Part shown: one piece after another, positions 7,886 through 16,593 of the stretch | Layout of the letters: the number at the start of each line of letters is the position of its first letter | Position numbering within the stretch: the first letter of the stretch is position 1 | Source of the DNA: an uncultured Thermoplasmata archaeon | GTDB lineage: Archaea > Thermoplasmatota > Thermoplasmata > RBG-16-68-12 | DNA length: 64,000 nt | Direction: 5' to 3' | Assembly: GCA_963768855.1 (NCBI GenBank) | Contig: CAVYJM010000010.1 | Span: forward strand, 3,545-67,544 | Made by a program: the position numbers and the translations under genes | The notes under the pieces: generated by a model | Told to the model about the DNA's origin: nothing | The model's input: only the letters and a program-made list of their open reading frames with translations | Database searches by the model: none

Positions 7886-8969
7886 GCTTCTTCCCCATCC
7901 GGTAGCCGAGGATGTTCACGCCGCGATGCAGCGCGGGCGTGATAAGGATGATGGCGAGCACGCCATACCATGCGTCGCCCGAGAAGAACCGCGGCACGGA
8001 CCAGCCCGCGGCGAGGAGGCTGAGCAAGAGCCCACCCGCCACGAAATCGTACTGATCGAGGCCCGGCGCCTTCGCCCCGCGCGGCTTGTGCATCCGTCGC
8101 TTGACGAACGCGCCGACCAGGTCGCCCAGGAGCGCGCCGAACGCGAGGAGGCCGGACGCGAGGAACGCGTCGAGCGGCGCGCCGAAGGACCAGCCCGACG
8201 ACGGATCGAGGAAGACGAAGGGCAGGGCGAGCAGGAGGCCGAGGAGCGCCCCGCTCAGGGTGCCCCCGACGAGGCCCCGCCACGTCTTTCCGTCCCCGAA
8301 GAGCCGCTCGCCGTCCCGAAGGGTCTTCCCGAAATCCATCGGACGCCCGCCGCCCCACACGACCGCCATCGGGTTCGCGACGTACGCGGGCAGGAAGAAC
8401 CAGAGGGCCTGCGGGATCGCCTCGAGGGCCATCGCCGCGGCGAAGGGGATGGTTCCATATAAGCCACCGCCCGCCGGGCGCGAGCCACCATATTCGGAAC
8501 GGAGGCGCTTCCGCATCTCGAGGTTCATCTCGCTCTGGGAGACGACCTCGTAACCCGAGCTTTCGTACAGGGCGACGGCCACCGTGTTCCAGCGGAACAC
8601 GTTCAAGTGGAGCCATGTCACGCCGGCTTTCAGGAGACGGCGCTCGACCGCCTGGAGGAGACCGCGGCCGTATCCCTTCCCGCGGAGCGCGTCGTCGACG
8701 ACGATCTCGAAGAGCCATCGCTTCCCGCGGGCCCCCTTAGATCCCGGCACAGGCCCGAACCACGCCCAGCCGATCCGGCGGCCCGCGTCGTCCACGGCGA
8801 CGAAGAACTCGTGGCCCCGTTTCGCCGGGCTCGTTCCCACGGTCGAGGCGATCTCCCTGCGCGCCCGCGCGAGCGACTCCTCGCGGGACCAGAATCCCGC
8901 GCGCGCCTTCGCCTCGGCGTACTCGAACGCTTCCCCCTCGAGCGCGTTCCGGCGTTGGGTCGCGGTCAT
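7872..8969 (-). CDS. carS: GNAT acetyltransferase domain fused in one ORF to CDP-archaeol synthase (CarS)
   Basis: The N-terminal ~200 aa are GNAT-like (LFEIVVDDALRGKGYGRGLLQAVE). The C-terminal ~183 aa are CarS/DUF46-like (LPAYVANPMAVVWGG, DGKTWRG, GDLVGAFVKRR, ...GYRMGKKHEPW). There is no stop codon between them. An internal ATG (MALEAIPQALWFF) could also start a stand-alone CarS. The ORF extends up to 9050; I chose the ATG at 8969. Confidence 0.7.
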   Translation of the reverse strand: MTATQRRNALEGEAFEYAEAKARAGFWSREESLARARREIASTVGTSPAKRGHEFFVAVDDAGRRIGWAWFGPVPGSKGARGKRWLFEIVVDDALRGKGYGRGLLQAVERRLLKAGVTWLHLNVFRWNTVAVALYESSGYEVVSQSEMNLEMRKRLRSEYGGSRPAGGGLYGTIPFAAAMALEAIPQALWFFLPAYVANPMAVVWGGGRPMDFGKTLRDGERLFGDGKTWRGLVGGTLSGALLGLLLALPFVFLDPSSGWSFGAPLDAFLASGLLAFGALLGDLVGAFVKRRMHKPRGAKAPGLDQYDFVAGGLLLSLLAAGWSVPRFFSGDAWYGVLAIILITPALHRGVNILGYRMGKKHEPW

Positions 8970-9120
8970 CCGAACGAGCCGGACCGTCCGCGGGGAAGAA
9001 CGCGAAGACGGACCACGACGCGGAGCCACGACTCGATGACAACCCGCCACCCGCCATAGAGCTTGCCCGGACCGGTACCGCCCCGGTCCGCGCGCGTTTT
9101 CGGGGGTGATAATCTCCGCA

Positions 9121-9133
9121 CCACCCCTTTATA
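9121..9133 (+). promoter_or_regulatory. TATA-box promoter core CCACCCCTTTATA upstream of KaiC-like paralog 1
   Basis: The identical 13-mer occurs at 10717-10729 upstream of paralog 2. It ends 29 nt before the ATG at 9163. Confidence 0.5.
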
Positions 9134-9162
9134 GCGCGAGGGGCTCGTTTCGCCTCGGTTCC

Positions 9163-9864
9163 ATGGATCGGGTCAAGACCTTCGTCGAGGGCTTCGACGA
9201 GGCCCTGGGGGGCGGCGTCCCGCGGGGCTCCGTCGTCCTCGTGGCCGGCACTCCGGGCACGATGAAGACCGCCCTGACCTTCTCGATCCTCTACGAGAAC
9301 GTCAAGGCGGGGTCCCGCGCCCTCTACATCTCCCTCGAGGAGAGCCAGGAGGAGCTCCGCGCCTCCATGGCCGACCTCGGCATGACGAGCTTCGAAGACC
9401 TCGAGCTCTACATCCTCGACATCGGGCGCATCCGCCTCGAGCACAAGGAGGAGGAGCTTTCGAAGAACTGGCTCGACGTCCTCCAGAAGTACATCGAGCA
9501 GCGCGTCCGGGTGAACAACTTCGACCTGATCGCGATCGACAGCCTCGAGGCGCTGTACAGCCTGAGCCGTCTCGAGAACCCGCGGCGGGAACTCTTCCAC
9601 TTCTTTGGGTTCCTGCGCTCCCTGAACGCGACCGCGTTCCTGATCACGGAGATCCCGTCCGGCTCGCAGGGCGGCTTCGGCCGCTACGACGAGGAGTTCC
9701 TGGCGGACGGCATCCTGCACCTCAAGCAGGCGCCCATCGGCGAGACCGACGTCCAGCTGCGGATCCGCTGCGTCAAGATGCGCCGGTCCAAGCACGAGCA
9801 CGGCGACTTCGCGCTCGTCCGCGGCGCGGAGCAGTTCCAGATCACCCGCGTGATCTCAAAGTGA
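9163..9864 (+). CDS. Single-domain KaiC/RecA-like ATPase-fold protein, paralog 1 (non-canonical P-loop GTPGTMKT)
   Basis: FDEALGGGVPRGSVVLVAGTPGTMKT; ISLEES; Walker-B-like LIAIDSLEAL; FLADGILHLK; GETDVQLRIRCVKMR. Typical COG0467-like layout. Confidence 0.75.
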   Translation: MDRVKTFVEGFDEALGGGVPRGSVVLVAGTPGTMKTALTFSILYENVKAGSRALYISLEESQEELRASMADLGMTSFEDLELYILDIGRIRLEHKEEELSKNWLDVLQKYIEQRVRVNNFDLIAIDSLEALYSLSRLENPRRELFHFFGFLRSLNATAFLITEIPSGSQGGFGRYDEEFLADGILHLKQAPIGETDVQLRIRCVKMRRSKHEHGDFALVRGAEQFQITRVISK

Positions 9865-10629
9865 CGTCTTCGCGAGGAGCTTGAGGAGCGCGTCGGCGTA
9901 CCGCGCGGCCAGGGGCTCGTTCCCGAACGTCCGCACCGCGGCGGCCTTGTTCTCCTCGATCGCCTCGACCGTCTTCGTCAGGACCGAGACGACGTCCTTC
10001 CCCGGCGCGCGGCGGAACAGCGCGACGATGGCGGTCGTCTCCCCCGTCATGACGACGAGGCGTCCGACGGGGAGGTGCATCACGTAGGTCCCCTGGGCCG
10101 GCCGGCCCGTCTCGCGGCGGATCGCGTCCGCGACGTCGGGCTGGTCCAGGTACGCGGTCTCCCCGGCCTTCGCGAGCACGCCGTGCCCGCGCCGCAGGAT
10201 CAGGAGGGCGATCGCGTTCGACTCTCTCTCCTTCGCCGCGAGGTCGGACCAGAAGGTCGCCTGGAGGGAGAGCGCCCGGAGGCGGCGGCGCAGCGCCGTG
10301 ATGCCGTCGCGGTCTCGCGTCTTCGAGAGCTCGCGAAGCTGCATCTCGAAATCCTTTGCCTCGCGCGGGGCGAGGAGATGGCGGAAGGTCTGGAACTCCT
10401 GATCGAGGGCGTCCAGCTCCGTGGTGGGGCGAGTGCGGACGGGTCCCGGGGCGGTCGCATGGGGCGCGGGTTCGTGGGGCGACAAGCTCGGCACCTCCTG
10501 TTCAATCAGATCGACGGCCTCGGCCAGGTTCTTGTCGGGATGGCGTAGCATGGCCTCCTTGACTTGGTCGCCGCGGCCCTCGAGCTCCCAGAGGAGCAAC
10601 CGGAGGGCTGCCTCGTCCCGTCTACCCAT
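9856..10629 (-). CDS. Hypothetical protein, convergent partner of KaiC-like paralog 1
   Basis: 257 aa with coding-like composition. The C-terminal half (ALLILRRGHGVLAKAGE...GRLVVMTGETTAIVALF) is faintly Roadblock/LC7-like, which I cannot verify by eye. Tail-to-tail overlap of 9 nt with the gene at 9163-9864. Confidence 0.4.
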   Translation of the reverse strand: MGRRDEAALRLLLWELEGRGDQVKEAMLRHPDKNLAEAVDLIEQEVPSLSPHEPAPHATAPGPVRTRPTTELDALDQEFQTFRHLLAPREAKDFEMQLRELSKTRDRDGITALRRRLRALSLQATFWSDLAAKERESNAIALLILRRGHGVLAKAGETAYLDQPDVADAIRRETGRPAQGTYVMHLPVGRLVVMTGETTAIVALFRRAPGKDVVSVLTKTVEAIEENKAAAVRTFGNEPLAARYADALLKLLAKTSL

Positions 10630-10716
10630 CCCTTCTCGCGGAGGCGGAAAGCCGTCTCGCTACAAAAGCGTTCCCTCCAGGAAAACGGATGGGTATCGAC
10701 GCCGATAACTAGGTCG

Positions 10717-10729
10717 CCACCCCTTTATA
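10717..10729 (+). promoter_or_regulatory. TATA-box promoter core CCACCCCTTTATA upstream of KaiC-like paralog 2
   Basis: Identical 13-mer to 9121-9133. It ends 25 nt before the ATG at 10755. Confidence 0.5.
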
Positions 10730-10754
10730 ACGTGGTCCTCGTCCTCCACCCGCG

Positions 10755-11474
10755 ATGGACTCCGAGGTGCCCGTTTTCCATTCCTACGTCGAGGGCTTGG
10801 ACCGCGCCCTCGGAGGTGGCATCCCGAAGGGGAGCACGATCCTCGTCGCCGGCACCCCGGGCACGATGAAGACGTCCCTCATCCTCTGGATGATGCACGA
10901 GAACGCCCGCCTGAACGGCACGCGCTCCCTCTACGTCAGCTTCGAACAGTCCATGGACAGCCTCCGCGCCGGGGCCGCCCGGATGGGCATGACCCAGGTC
11001 GACGAGGCCCACGTGTACATCCTGGACATGGGCCAGCTGCGCCGCGGGATGGAGCGGTCCGAGTCCACGAAGGACTGGGTCACGATCCTCCTCGAGATCA
11101 TCAAGGAGGCCGTCAACTCGAGCCAGTACGAGGTCCTCGCCCTGGACAGCCTCGAGGTCCTCTACGCGCTCACGGAGATGAAGAACCCGCGTCGCGAGAT
11201 GTTCCACTTCCTCACCGGGCTCAAGGAGCTCGACCTGACGACGTTCCTGATCGCCGAGACGCCCTTCGGCGCGCAGCGGCTCGCCCAGTGGGGGGAGGAC
11301 TTCCTCGCCGACGGCATCCTCCAGCTGCGCCAGGTCGAGATCGGCGAGACGGACGTCCAGCTCCGCCTGCGCTGCGTGAAGATGCGATGGATGAACCACG
11401 ACCACAATGCGCTCGCCCTGACCCACGACGGCGAGAAGTTCTTCGTGACGCACGTCCTCGCCAAGAAGAAGTGA
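10755..11474 (+). CDS. Single-domain KaiC/RecA-like ATPase-fold protein, paralog 2 (P-loop GTPGTMKT)
   Basis: LDRALGGGIPKGSTILVAGTPGTMKT; VSFEQS; VLALDSLEVL; FLADGILQLR; GETDVQLRLRCVKMR. Confidence 0.75.
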   Translation: MDSEVPVFHSYVEGLDRALGGGIPKGSTILVAGTPGTMKTSLILWMMHENARLNGTRSLYVSFEQSMDSLRAGAARMGMTQVDEAHVYILDMGQLRRGMERSESTKDWVTILLEIIKEAVNSSQYEVLALDSLEVLYALTEMKNPRREMFHFLTGLKELDLTTFLIAETPFGAQRLAQWGEDFLADGILQLRQVEIGETDVQLRLRCVKMRWMNHDHNALALTHDGEKFFVTHVLAKKK

Positions 11475-11511
11475 AGGGAGGGCGGCCTCCCGCCCTCGTG
11501 GACGCGGCGTC

Positions 11512-12531
11512 TCACTGCGGATTGAGGGGCGGCGCGGGGCCGCTCGGCGGCGGGGACTGAGGCGGCATCGCGTACGGGGACGTCAGGACGGCCCCCGAAG
11601 CTCCGCCGGGGTGCGCGGGGATCTCCCCGCGATTGATCCGCGCCCATGCGAGGTAGTCCGCGGCAGCGAAGAGCAACGCAGGGATGACGTTGAGGAGAGC
11701 GTAGGTGCCCTGCAGGGCGACGACGCTGTCGTAGTCGGCCTGGGTGACCACGGCACCGACCACGGAGCTCAGGAGAAGATACATGGCGATGCTCACGGCG
11801 ATGTTCGCACCGTACGCTGCGAACAGGATGACCCGCCCGGGCTGCGCCTGCAACCCGTAGGTGAACAGGACCTCCGCGATGCCGAGGATGATTGCCGCGG
11901 GAATGGCGCCCAGGAGGCTCGCGTTGAGCGCTGCCGCGAGAATCGGGGGCGTGATCGTGACCGCCCCGCCGCTGCCGAACTGGCCCGCGATGCTCGCCAG
12001 CGCCGCGATGACGGTCACGCCGATCACGACCAGGACGCCGACGATGAACAGGACGATCGAAACGAGGATGTTTCTCGAGTGAGCAGCTCCAAACGCCTTC
12101 CGTCCGAGGATTACGAGGATGACGCCGATGAAGATGAGGAGGTAGCCGATGATCGAGATCAACGGCAGCCATGAGAGCAGGGTCCCGATCAGCAACAGCA
12201 GGACGCCGGTCTTCGTGCGGTCGACCTGCCTCGAGCGGTCATAGTCCCCGGCAGGCGGATAGTAGCCCGCGGCGGACGGATATCCCGGGGGCGCGCCGTA
12301 GGCGGCCGGGGGAGCCACCGCCGGCGCGCCGGCCGCCGCGCCGAGGGGGGCGCCGCAGTTCGTGCAGAACGTGTACCCGGGCTGGTTCTGGTAGCCGCAA
12401 CGCGTGCAGGAGAGAGAGGCTGACACGGACAGTCCTTCGACCCGGCCCAAAGAGGGACACGGGGAAAAAGGTTTCGCGGGCTCTCCGAAGGCTTTTTCAC
12501 CGCCCGCCGTCGTGGGAGGATGCATGGCCAT
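11512..12531 (-). CDS. Zinc-ribbon plus multi-pass membrane protein (DUF973-like)
   Basis: N-terminal CTRCGYQNQPGYTFCTNCGAPL, a Pro/Ala/Tyr-rich linker, then about 6 TM helices. A GTG at 12426 is an alternative start that would remove the head-to-head overlap with the gene at 12524. Confidence 0.55.
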   Translation of the reverse strand: MAMHPPTTAGGEKAFGEPAKPFSPCPSLGRVEGLSVSASLSCTRCGYQNQPGYTFCTNCGAPLGAAAGAPAVAPPAAYGAPPGYPSAAGYYPPAGDYDRSRQVDRTKTGVLLLLIGTLLSWLPLISIIGYLLIFIGVILVILGRKAFGAAHSRNILVSIVLFIVGVLVVIGVTVIAALASIAGQFGSGGAVTITPPILAAALNASLLGAIPAAIILGIAEVLFTYGLQAQPGRVILFAAYGANIAVSIAMYLLLSSVVGAVVTQADYDSVVALQGTYALLNVIPALLFAAADYLAWARINRGEIPAHPGGASGAVLTSPYAMPPQSPPPSGPAPPLNPQ

Positions 12532-12937
12532 TCCGGGCGCCTGGGACCGCTGGATCTCCCTCGAGCTCGGACGCCTGAACGCCGGGCTCGTCGTGGAGCG
12601 GAAGAGCCTAGCCCACCTCCTCCAGGAAGCCGAGCCGGCCTGCCGGGACCGCGAGGGCGCGGACCACCCGTTTGACCCGGCCGCCCTCCGAAGGCTCGCC
12701 CGCGTGCTGACGGCGCAGGAGGCGGAGACCCTCCGACTTCCGGTGACCGTCTTCGTCGCAGGGGACCTGGAGGACAGCGTCTACATCGCAGAGGAGCTGG
12801 CCGCGAAGGCGTTGCGTGCCACGGAGGACTTCGGCCCCGCCTTCCCCTTCCGCGGGGGACGGATGTACCTGCCCCACTCCCTGGCGGTGGACCTCGTGCG
12901 GCGAAGCGGCGGGACCCTGCAGCTCGCGTTCGGGTGA
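12524..12937 (+). CDS. UPF0216/DUF61-family archaeal protein
   Basis: WISLELGRLNAGLVVERKSLAHLLQE...HPFDPAALRRLARVL...LRLPVTVFV matches the DUF61 pattern as I remember it. Confidence 0.5.
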   Translation: MAIPGAWDRWISLELGRLNAGLVVERKSLAHLLQEAEPACRDREGADHPFDPAALRRLARVLTAQEAETLRLPVTVFVAGDLEDSVYIAEELAAKALRATEDFGPAFPFRGGRMYLPHSLAVDLVRRSGGTLQLAFG

Positions 12938-12946
12938 GCGTCCGGG

Positions 12947-13381
12947 TCACTTGGGCGCGTCCGCCGGCTTCTCCCGGCGCGCGATCCAGAGGTCCTCGGG
13001 CACGTCGTCGTAGATCGTCTGTCCGACCCCGGCCTCTTCCTTGGCGCGCTGGGCCTCGACGAGCTCGAAGATGCGGTCCTTGCGGAACATCCAGTAGTGG
13101 ATCCGCCACTCCCGGCCGTCGTAGAGGGTCGTCTCCTCCCGCTCCGTCGTCAGGATGCCGGAGTCCTCGAGCATGTAGAACGCATCCCGGTCCTCCGGTT
13201 CGAGGACGTTGTCGATGATGCGCTCGGAATAGCCGAAGAAGTTGAGGACGTGGGTCGCCATGGCGCGGGCCTCCTCCTCCTTCATCCCCGTGCGGTCGAT
13301 CGAGTTCTTGATCGCGCGGGTGAGGTCGTCCACGGTGATCGTACCGGCTGGTCCCCGCTCAGGCTTCGCCTTCACAGACAT
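12947..13381 (-). CDS. Conserved hypothetical protein (144 aa)
   Basis: ATG at 13381, about 35 nt downstream of a TTATATA element read on the minus strand (13414-13424). The sequence is globular and charged. Family not recognised. Confidence 0.45.
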   Translation of the reverse strand: MSVKAKPERGPAGTITVDDLTRAIKNSIDRTGMKEEEARAMATHVLNFFGYSERIIDNVLEPEDRDAFYMLEDSGILTTEREETTLYDGREWRIHYWMFRKDRIFELVEAQRAKEEAGVGQTIYDDVPEDLWIARREKPADAPK

Positions 13382-13518
13382 GGGTCGCCCCGAAGGAGTA
13401 CTACTTGGGCAGGGGCCTATATAAGCATTCTGTCGGAGGGACCTCGGGATGATTCTCACCCCGCCGCCGGACAGGACACGGCAAAGACCGTTCCAAAGCA
13501 TAAAAGCGAGCCGGTCGC

Positions 13519-14415
13519 ATGCCGGGCAGCGGGATGTTGCAGGACGGGGACGGGACGGAACCGGGCGGGCCGGTTCCCATTGACCGGGGGACACCCGCGA
13601 CGCCGCCAGGTGGGTCCGAGGCGGAGATCCGGACCCTGCGGGACGAGGTCCGCCGTCTGCGCGAGCAGGTGGCCGCCCTGGCCGCCCGGACGAAGGACAC
13701 CGACGCGCGCGTGCCGACGTACGTGAAGGGGCTGGACGCGGCCCTGCAGGGGGGTGTGCCCCGCGGTCACGTCGTCGGGATCGTGGGGCCGGGCGGCTCG
13801 ATGAAGACGTCCCTCGCCCTCTATACGTTGATCCGGAACCGCGCCGCGGGGACGCGCGGGGTCTTCGTCACGATCGAGGAGAGCCGGGACTCGATCGTCC
13901 AGACAATGAAGCGGCTCGGCCTCGGGGACGCTGAGGACTTCGTCGTCGACATCAGCCGGCTGCGCCTCGATTACGCGGGCGCCGAGGAGATCCGCGACTG
14001 GGTGCGGGTCCTCGAGGACTACCTGAGCCGGAGGCGGGAGCGGGACCCGCTGGGTGTCGTCGTCATCGACTCCCTCGATGCGCTGGCCGCCCTCACGCAC
14101 ATCGAGGACGTGCGGCGCGAGCTGTTCCACTTCTTCCACTTCCTGCGTGGCCTCGGGGCCACGTCCTTCGTGCTGGCCGAACAGGACCCGGCGCGGCCCG
14201 GCGTGGACCACGACGTCGCCTTCCTGGCGGACGGCGCGTTCGAGCTCCGCTTCAGCGGCGTCGGGGAGGGAAGGGTCCAGCTCCTGATCCGCATCTCGAA
14301 GATGCGGCACACGAACCACTCGCGGGACTACTTCGTGCTGGACTACGGGCCGGAAGGGTTCACGGCGAGGCCCTACGAGCTCCCGAAGCCGCGCCGCTGG
14401 GGACGGCGGATCTGA
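13519..14415 (+). CDS. KaiC/RecA-like ATPase-fold protein, paralog 3, with an N-terminal coiled-coil extension (P-loop GPGGSMKT)
   Basis: LDAALQGGVPRGHVVGIVGPGGSMKT; VTIEES; VVVIDSLDAL; FLADGAFELR; GRVQLLIRISKMR. The start could be the ATG at 13534, about 30 nt after a CATAAAAG TATA-like element. Confidence 0.7.
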   Translation: MPGSGMLQDGDGTEPGGPVPIDRGTPATPPGGSEAEIRTLRDEVRRLREQVAALAARTKDTDARVPTYVKGLDAALQGGVPRGHVVGIVGPGGSMKTSLALYTLIRNRAAGTRGVFVTIEESRDSIVQTMKRLGLGDAEDFVVDISRLRLDYAGAEEIRDWVRVLEDYLSRRRERDPLGVVVIDSLDALAALTHIEDVRRELFHFFHFLRGLGATSFVLAEQDPARPGVDHDVAFLADGAFELRFSGVGEGRVQLLIRISKMRHTNHSRDYFVLDYGPEGFTARPYELPKPRRWGRRI

Positions 14416-14421
14416 GGCGGC

Positions 14422-14808
14422 TCAGAAGCTGCCCTTGATCTTCGCCCGGTCGATCTTGATGCCGGCCGGGGTGGCCATCATGACGTTCTTGCCGACGACG
14501 GCGACGTCGCCGCCGCAGTCCCGGATTGCACTCTTTAGCTCGGCCGTGATCCGCTTCAGGGCGAGCTCGTCGCTCGACAGGCTCGTGAAGTCGATCAGCA
14601 GGATGTTCCCGTTGTAGACGTGGGTCGTCAGATCTGCCACGTCCTCGTAGCGGTAGATCTCCGCGACCTTGACGAGGTGTTCGACCGGTTCTCCAAGCGC
14701 TCCGCCCTCGCCATCAAAGGTCAGCTCCCCCAGGTCGATGTACGTGTCGGCCTCTGCGGCGGAGCCTCCTTCAGCGAGGCGTTTGAACGGCTTCTTGATG
14801 AAGGCCAT
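14422..14808 (-). CDS. sepF: Cell division protein SepF (archaeal FtsZ anchor, DUF552)
   Basis: 128 aa. The amphipathic N-terminus MAFIKKPFKRL plus the core VKVAEIYRYEDVADLTTHVYNGNILLIDFTSL...AVVGKNVMMATP are typical of SepF. Confidence 0.7.
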   Translation of the reverse strand: MAFIKKPFKRLAEGGSAAEADTYIDLGELTFDGEGGALGEPVEHLVKVAEIYRYEDVADLTTHVYNGNILLIDFTSLSSDELALKRITAELKSAIRDCGGDVAVVGKNVMMATPAGIKIDRAKIKGSF

Positions 14809-14819
14809 CCCAAATCCCT

Positions 14820-14985
14820 TCTGGTTCCGGCATATCCAGGAGGGAGAATTTAAAAGTATCGTGAAGACGGAGCCTCGGGTTGACAGAATGGCGATAAAAA
14901 TAAAAGTGACTGTATTATAGCTGTGCTCTTTCGTGCCACGCCGTGTCGCGGGGAATAGTCGGGTAACAAGATTTTTAAGGGGTGG
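14820..14985. promoter_or_regulatory. AT-rich divergent promoter region between sepF and the FNR-like gene
   Basis: Several TATA-like elements are present: ACTTTTAAATTC read on the minus strand about 40 nt before the sepF ATG; GATAAAAATAAAAG; GTATTATAGC; and GATTTTTAAGGGG about 25 nt before the ATG at 15005. Confidence 0.5.
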
Positions 14986-15004
14986 GTCTTTGTCGCAAGA
15001 CGCC

Positions 15005-15949
15005 ATGGTCTACGACGTCGTCGTCGTAGGGGGAGGCCCGGCGGGCCTGACCGCGGGGATCTACGCGAGGACGCGGAGCCTTTCGACCCTGATCCTGGAA
15101 GCCCAGGCGATGGGGGGCCAGCTGGCCTGGCTCTACCCTACGAAGTCCGTGTACGACTACCCGAGCTACATTGCGATCGAGGGCGGCGAGCTCGGAGAGC
15201 TCTTCACGATGCACGCCCGCGAGAGCGGCGCGGAGATGGTGACCGGGGAGATGGTCGACCTGAAGCGGGACGGCCAGATCTTCCACATCGCGACCCGGGA
15301 CGGGACGACGTACGACGCCCGAGCGGTCATCCTGGCGGTGGGCATGGGGCTGTTCGAGCCCAAGCGCTTGGACATCCCCGGCGAGACAGAGCTCGAGGGC
15401 AAGGGCGTCACGTACCAGGTCAAGGACCGCCACGAGTTCCGGGGCAAGCGCGTGCTGATCGTCGGCGGCGGCGACAGCGCCCTGGAGTACGCGCTCGAGA
15501 TCGTCGCGTCCGCGAAGGAGGTGACCCTGGTCCACCGACGCGGCGAGTTCCGCGCGATGGAGAAGAACGTGGAGGCGGTCAAGAAGGCGCCCATCCAAGT
15601 TGTGTTCAACGCCGAGCTGACGTCGATCGAAGGGGACGGCAGCGTGGAGCGGGCCGTCGTCTACGACAACCGGACGCTGAAGAAGACCGTCTTCGAGATC
15701 GACACGGTCCTGATCAACATCGGCTTCGAGCCGAAGATCACGCCGCTGCCCAAGTGGGGGATCGCTCTGGAGGGCGAGCGGCTCATCAAGGTGAAGGCCG
15801 ACATGTCCACGTCCGTACCGGGCGTGTATGCGTGCGGCGACATCGTCTCCTATCCGGGGAAGGACAAACGCATTGTGACGGCGTGCGGGGAGGCCGTGAC
15901 CGCGGTCATGTCCGTCTACAAGTACCTCAAGTCACCGTACTGGGCGTGA
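15005..15949 (+). CDS. Thioredoxin-reductase-like ferredoxin-NADP+ oxidoreductase (no redox CxxC)
   Basis: Two dinucleotide folds (VVVGGGPAGLTAG and VLIVGGGDSALE). The TrxR CATC site is replaced by GKGVTYQVKDRHEF, as in YumC-type FNR. C-terminal GDIV motif. Confidence 0.7.
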   Translation: MVYDVVVVGGGPAGLTAGIYARTRSLSTLILEAQAMGGQLAWLYPTKSVYDYPSYIAIEGGELGELFTMHARESGAEMVTGEMVDLKRDGQIFHIATRDGTTYDARAVILAVGMGLFEPKRLDIPGETELEGKGVTYQVKDRHEFRGKRVLIVGGGDSALEYALEIVASAKEVTLVHRRGEFRAMEKNVEAVKKAPIQVVFNAELTSIEGDGSVERAVVYDNRTLKKTVFEIDTVLINIGFEPKITPLPKWGIALEGERLIKVKADMSTSVPGVYACGDIVSYPGKDKRIVTACGEAVTAVMSVYKYLKSPYWA

Positions 15950-16592
15950 GGGCGCGCATCAGGGGCGGCAGTGCCGCGGGCGTTTCGACGAGGTACCCCA
16001 CCCCCGCCTCCTCGAGTCGCGCGCGGGTCCCGTAGCCCCACGTGACTCCGATCGTCACCGCTCCCGCGTCGCGGCCCGCCTGGACGTCGTTCTCCGTGTC
16101 TCCGACGACCGCGCAGGCGGAGACGGGGACCTTCAGGGCCTCCGCGGCCTGGAGGACCGGGTCGGGAGCGGGCTTCTTGTGCGCGACGGAGTCCCCGCCG
16201 AGGACGAGCGCGAACCGATCCTCCAACCCGGCGAGGCGGAGGGCCTCCAAGGTCGTGTCGTGACGCTTGTTCGTGATTGTCGCGAGCTGCCAGGCTCCGA
16301 GCGAGGATAGCATCTCCCGTACGCCGGCGTAGGTCCGCACGCCGCGCCCGAGCGAGGCGGCCTCGCTCCGCTGGAACTCCCGGACCGCGGCGGTCAGGAG
16401 CTCTCCCGAGAGCCCGCACCGCTCCGCGTAGATCATCTCGATGGGTGTGCCGATCCACCGGGCCCCTTCGACGCCGGACATCGCTCGGGAGCCGATGGCG
16501 GACAGGCCGTCGTCGAACGCGGCGATCCAAGCGTCCCGCGTGTCGAGGAGAGTCCCGTCCACGTCGAAGAGGACTGCCTGAAGGGCGACCAC
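15927..16592 (-). CDS. HAD-superfamily hydrolase (phosphoglycolate phosphatase-like)
   Basis: A GTG start 1 nt after the upstream stop. HAD motif I is LFDVDGTLLDT, motif II ITNK, motif IV VGDTENDVQAG. Confidence 0.7.
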   Translation of the reverse strand: MVALQAVLFDVDGTLLDTRDAWIAAFDDGLSAIGSRAMSGVEGARWIGTPIEMIYAERCGLSGELLTAAVREFQRSEAASLGRGVRTYAGVREMLSSLGAWQLATITNKRHDTTLEALRLAGLEDRFALVLGGDSVAHKKPAPDPVLQAAEALKVPVSACAVVGDTENDVQAGRDAGAVTIGVTWGYGTRARLEEAGVGYLVETPAALPPLMRALTPSTVT

Positions 16593-16593
16593 G

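Noticed and set aside
9856-9864. Numerous short tail-to-tail gene overlaps: 9856-9864, 15927-15949, 20501-20508, 22346-22367, 37041-37051 and 55161-55193.
   Set aside because: They are consistent with general genome compaction and sometimes with uncertain stop-proximal sequence. I see no evidence that they form a specific regulatory system.
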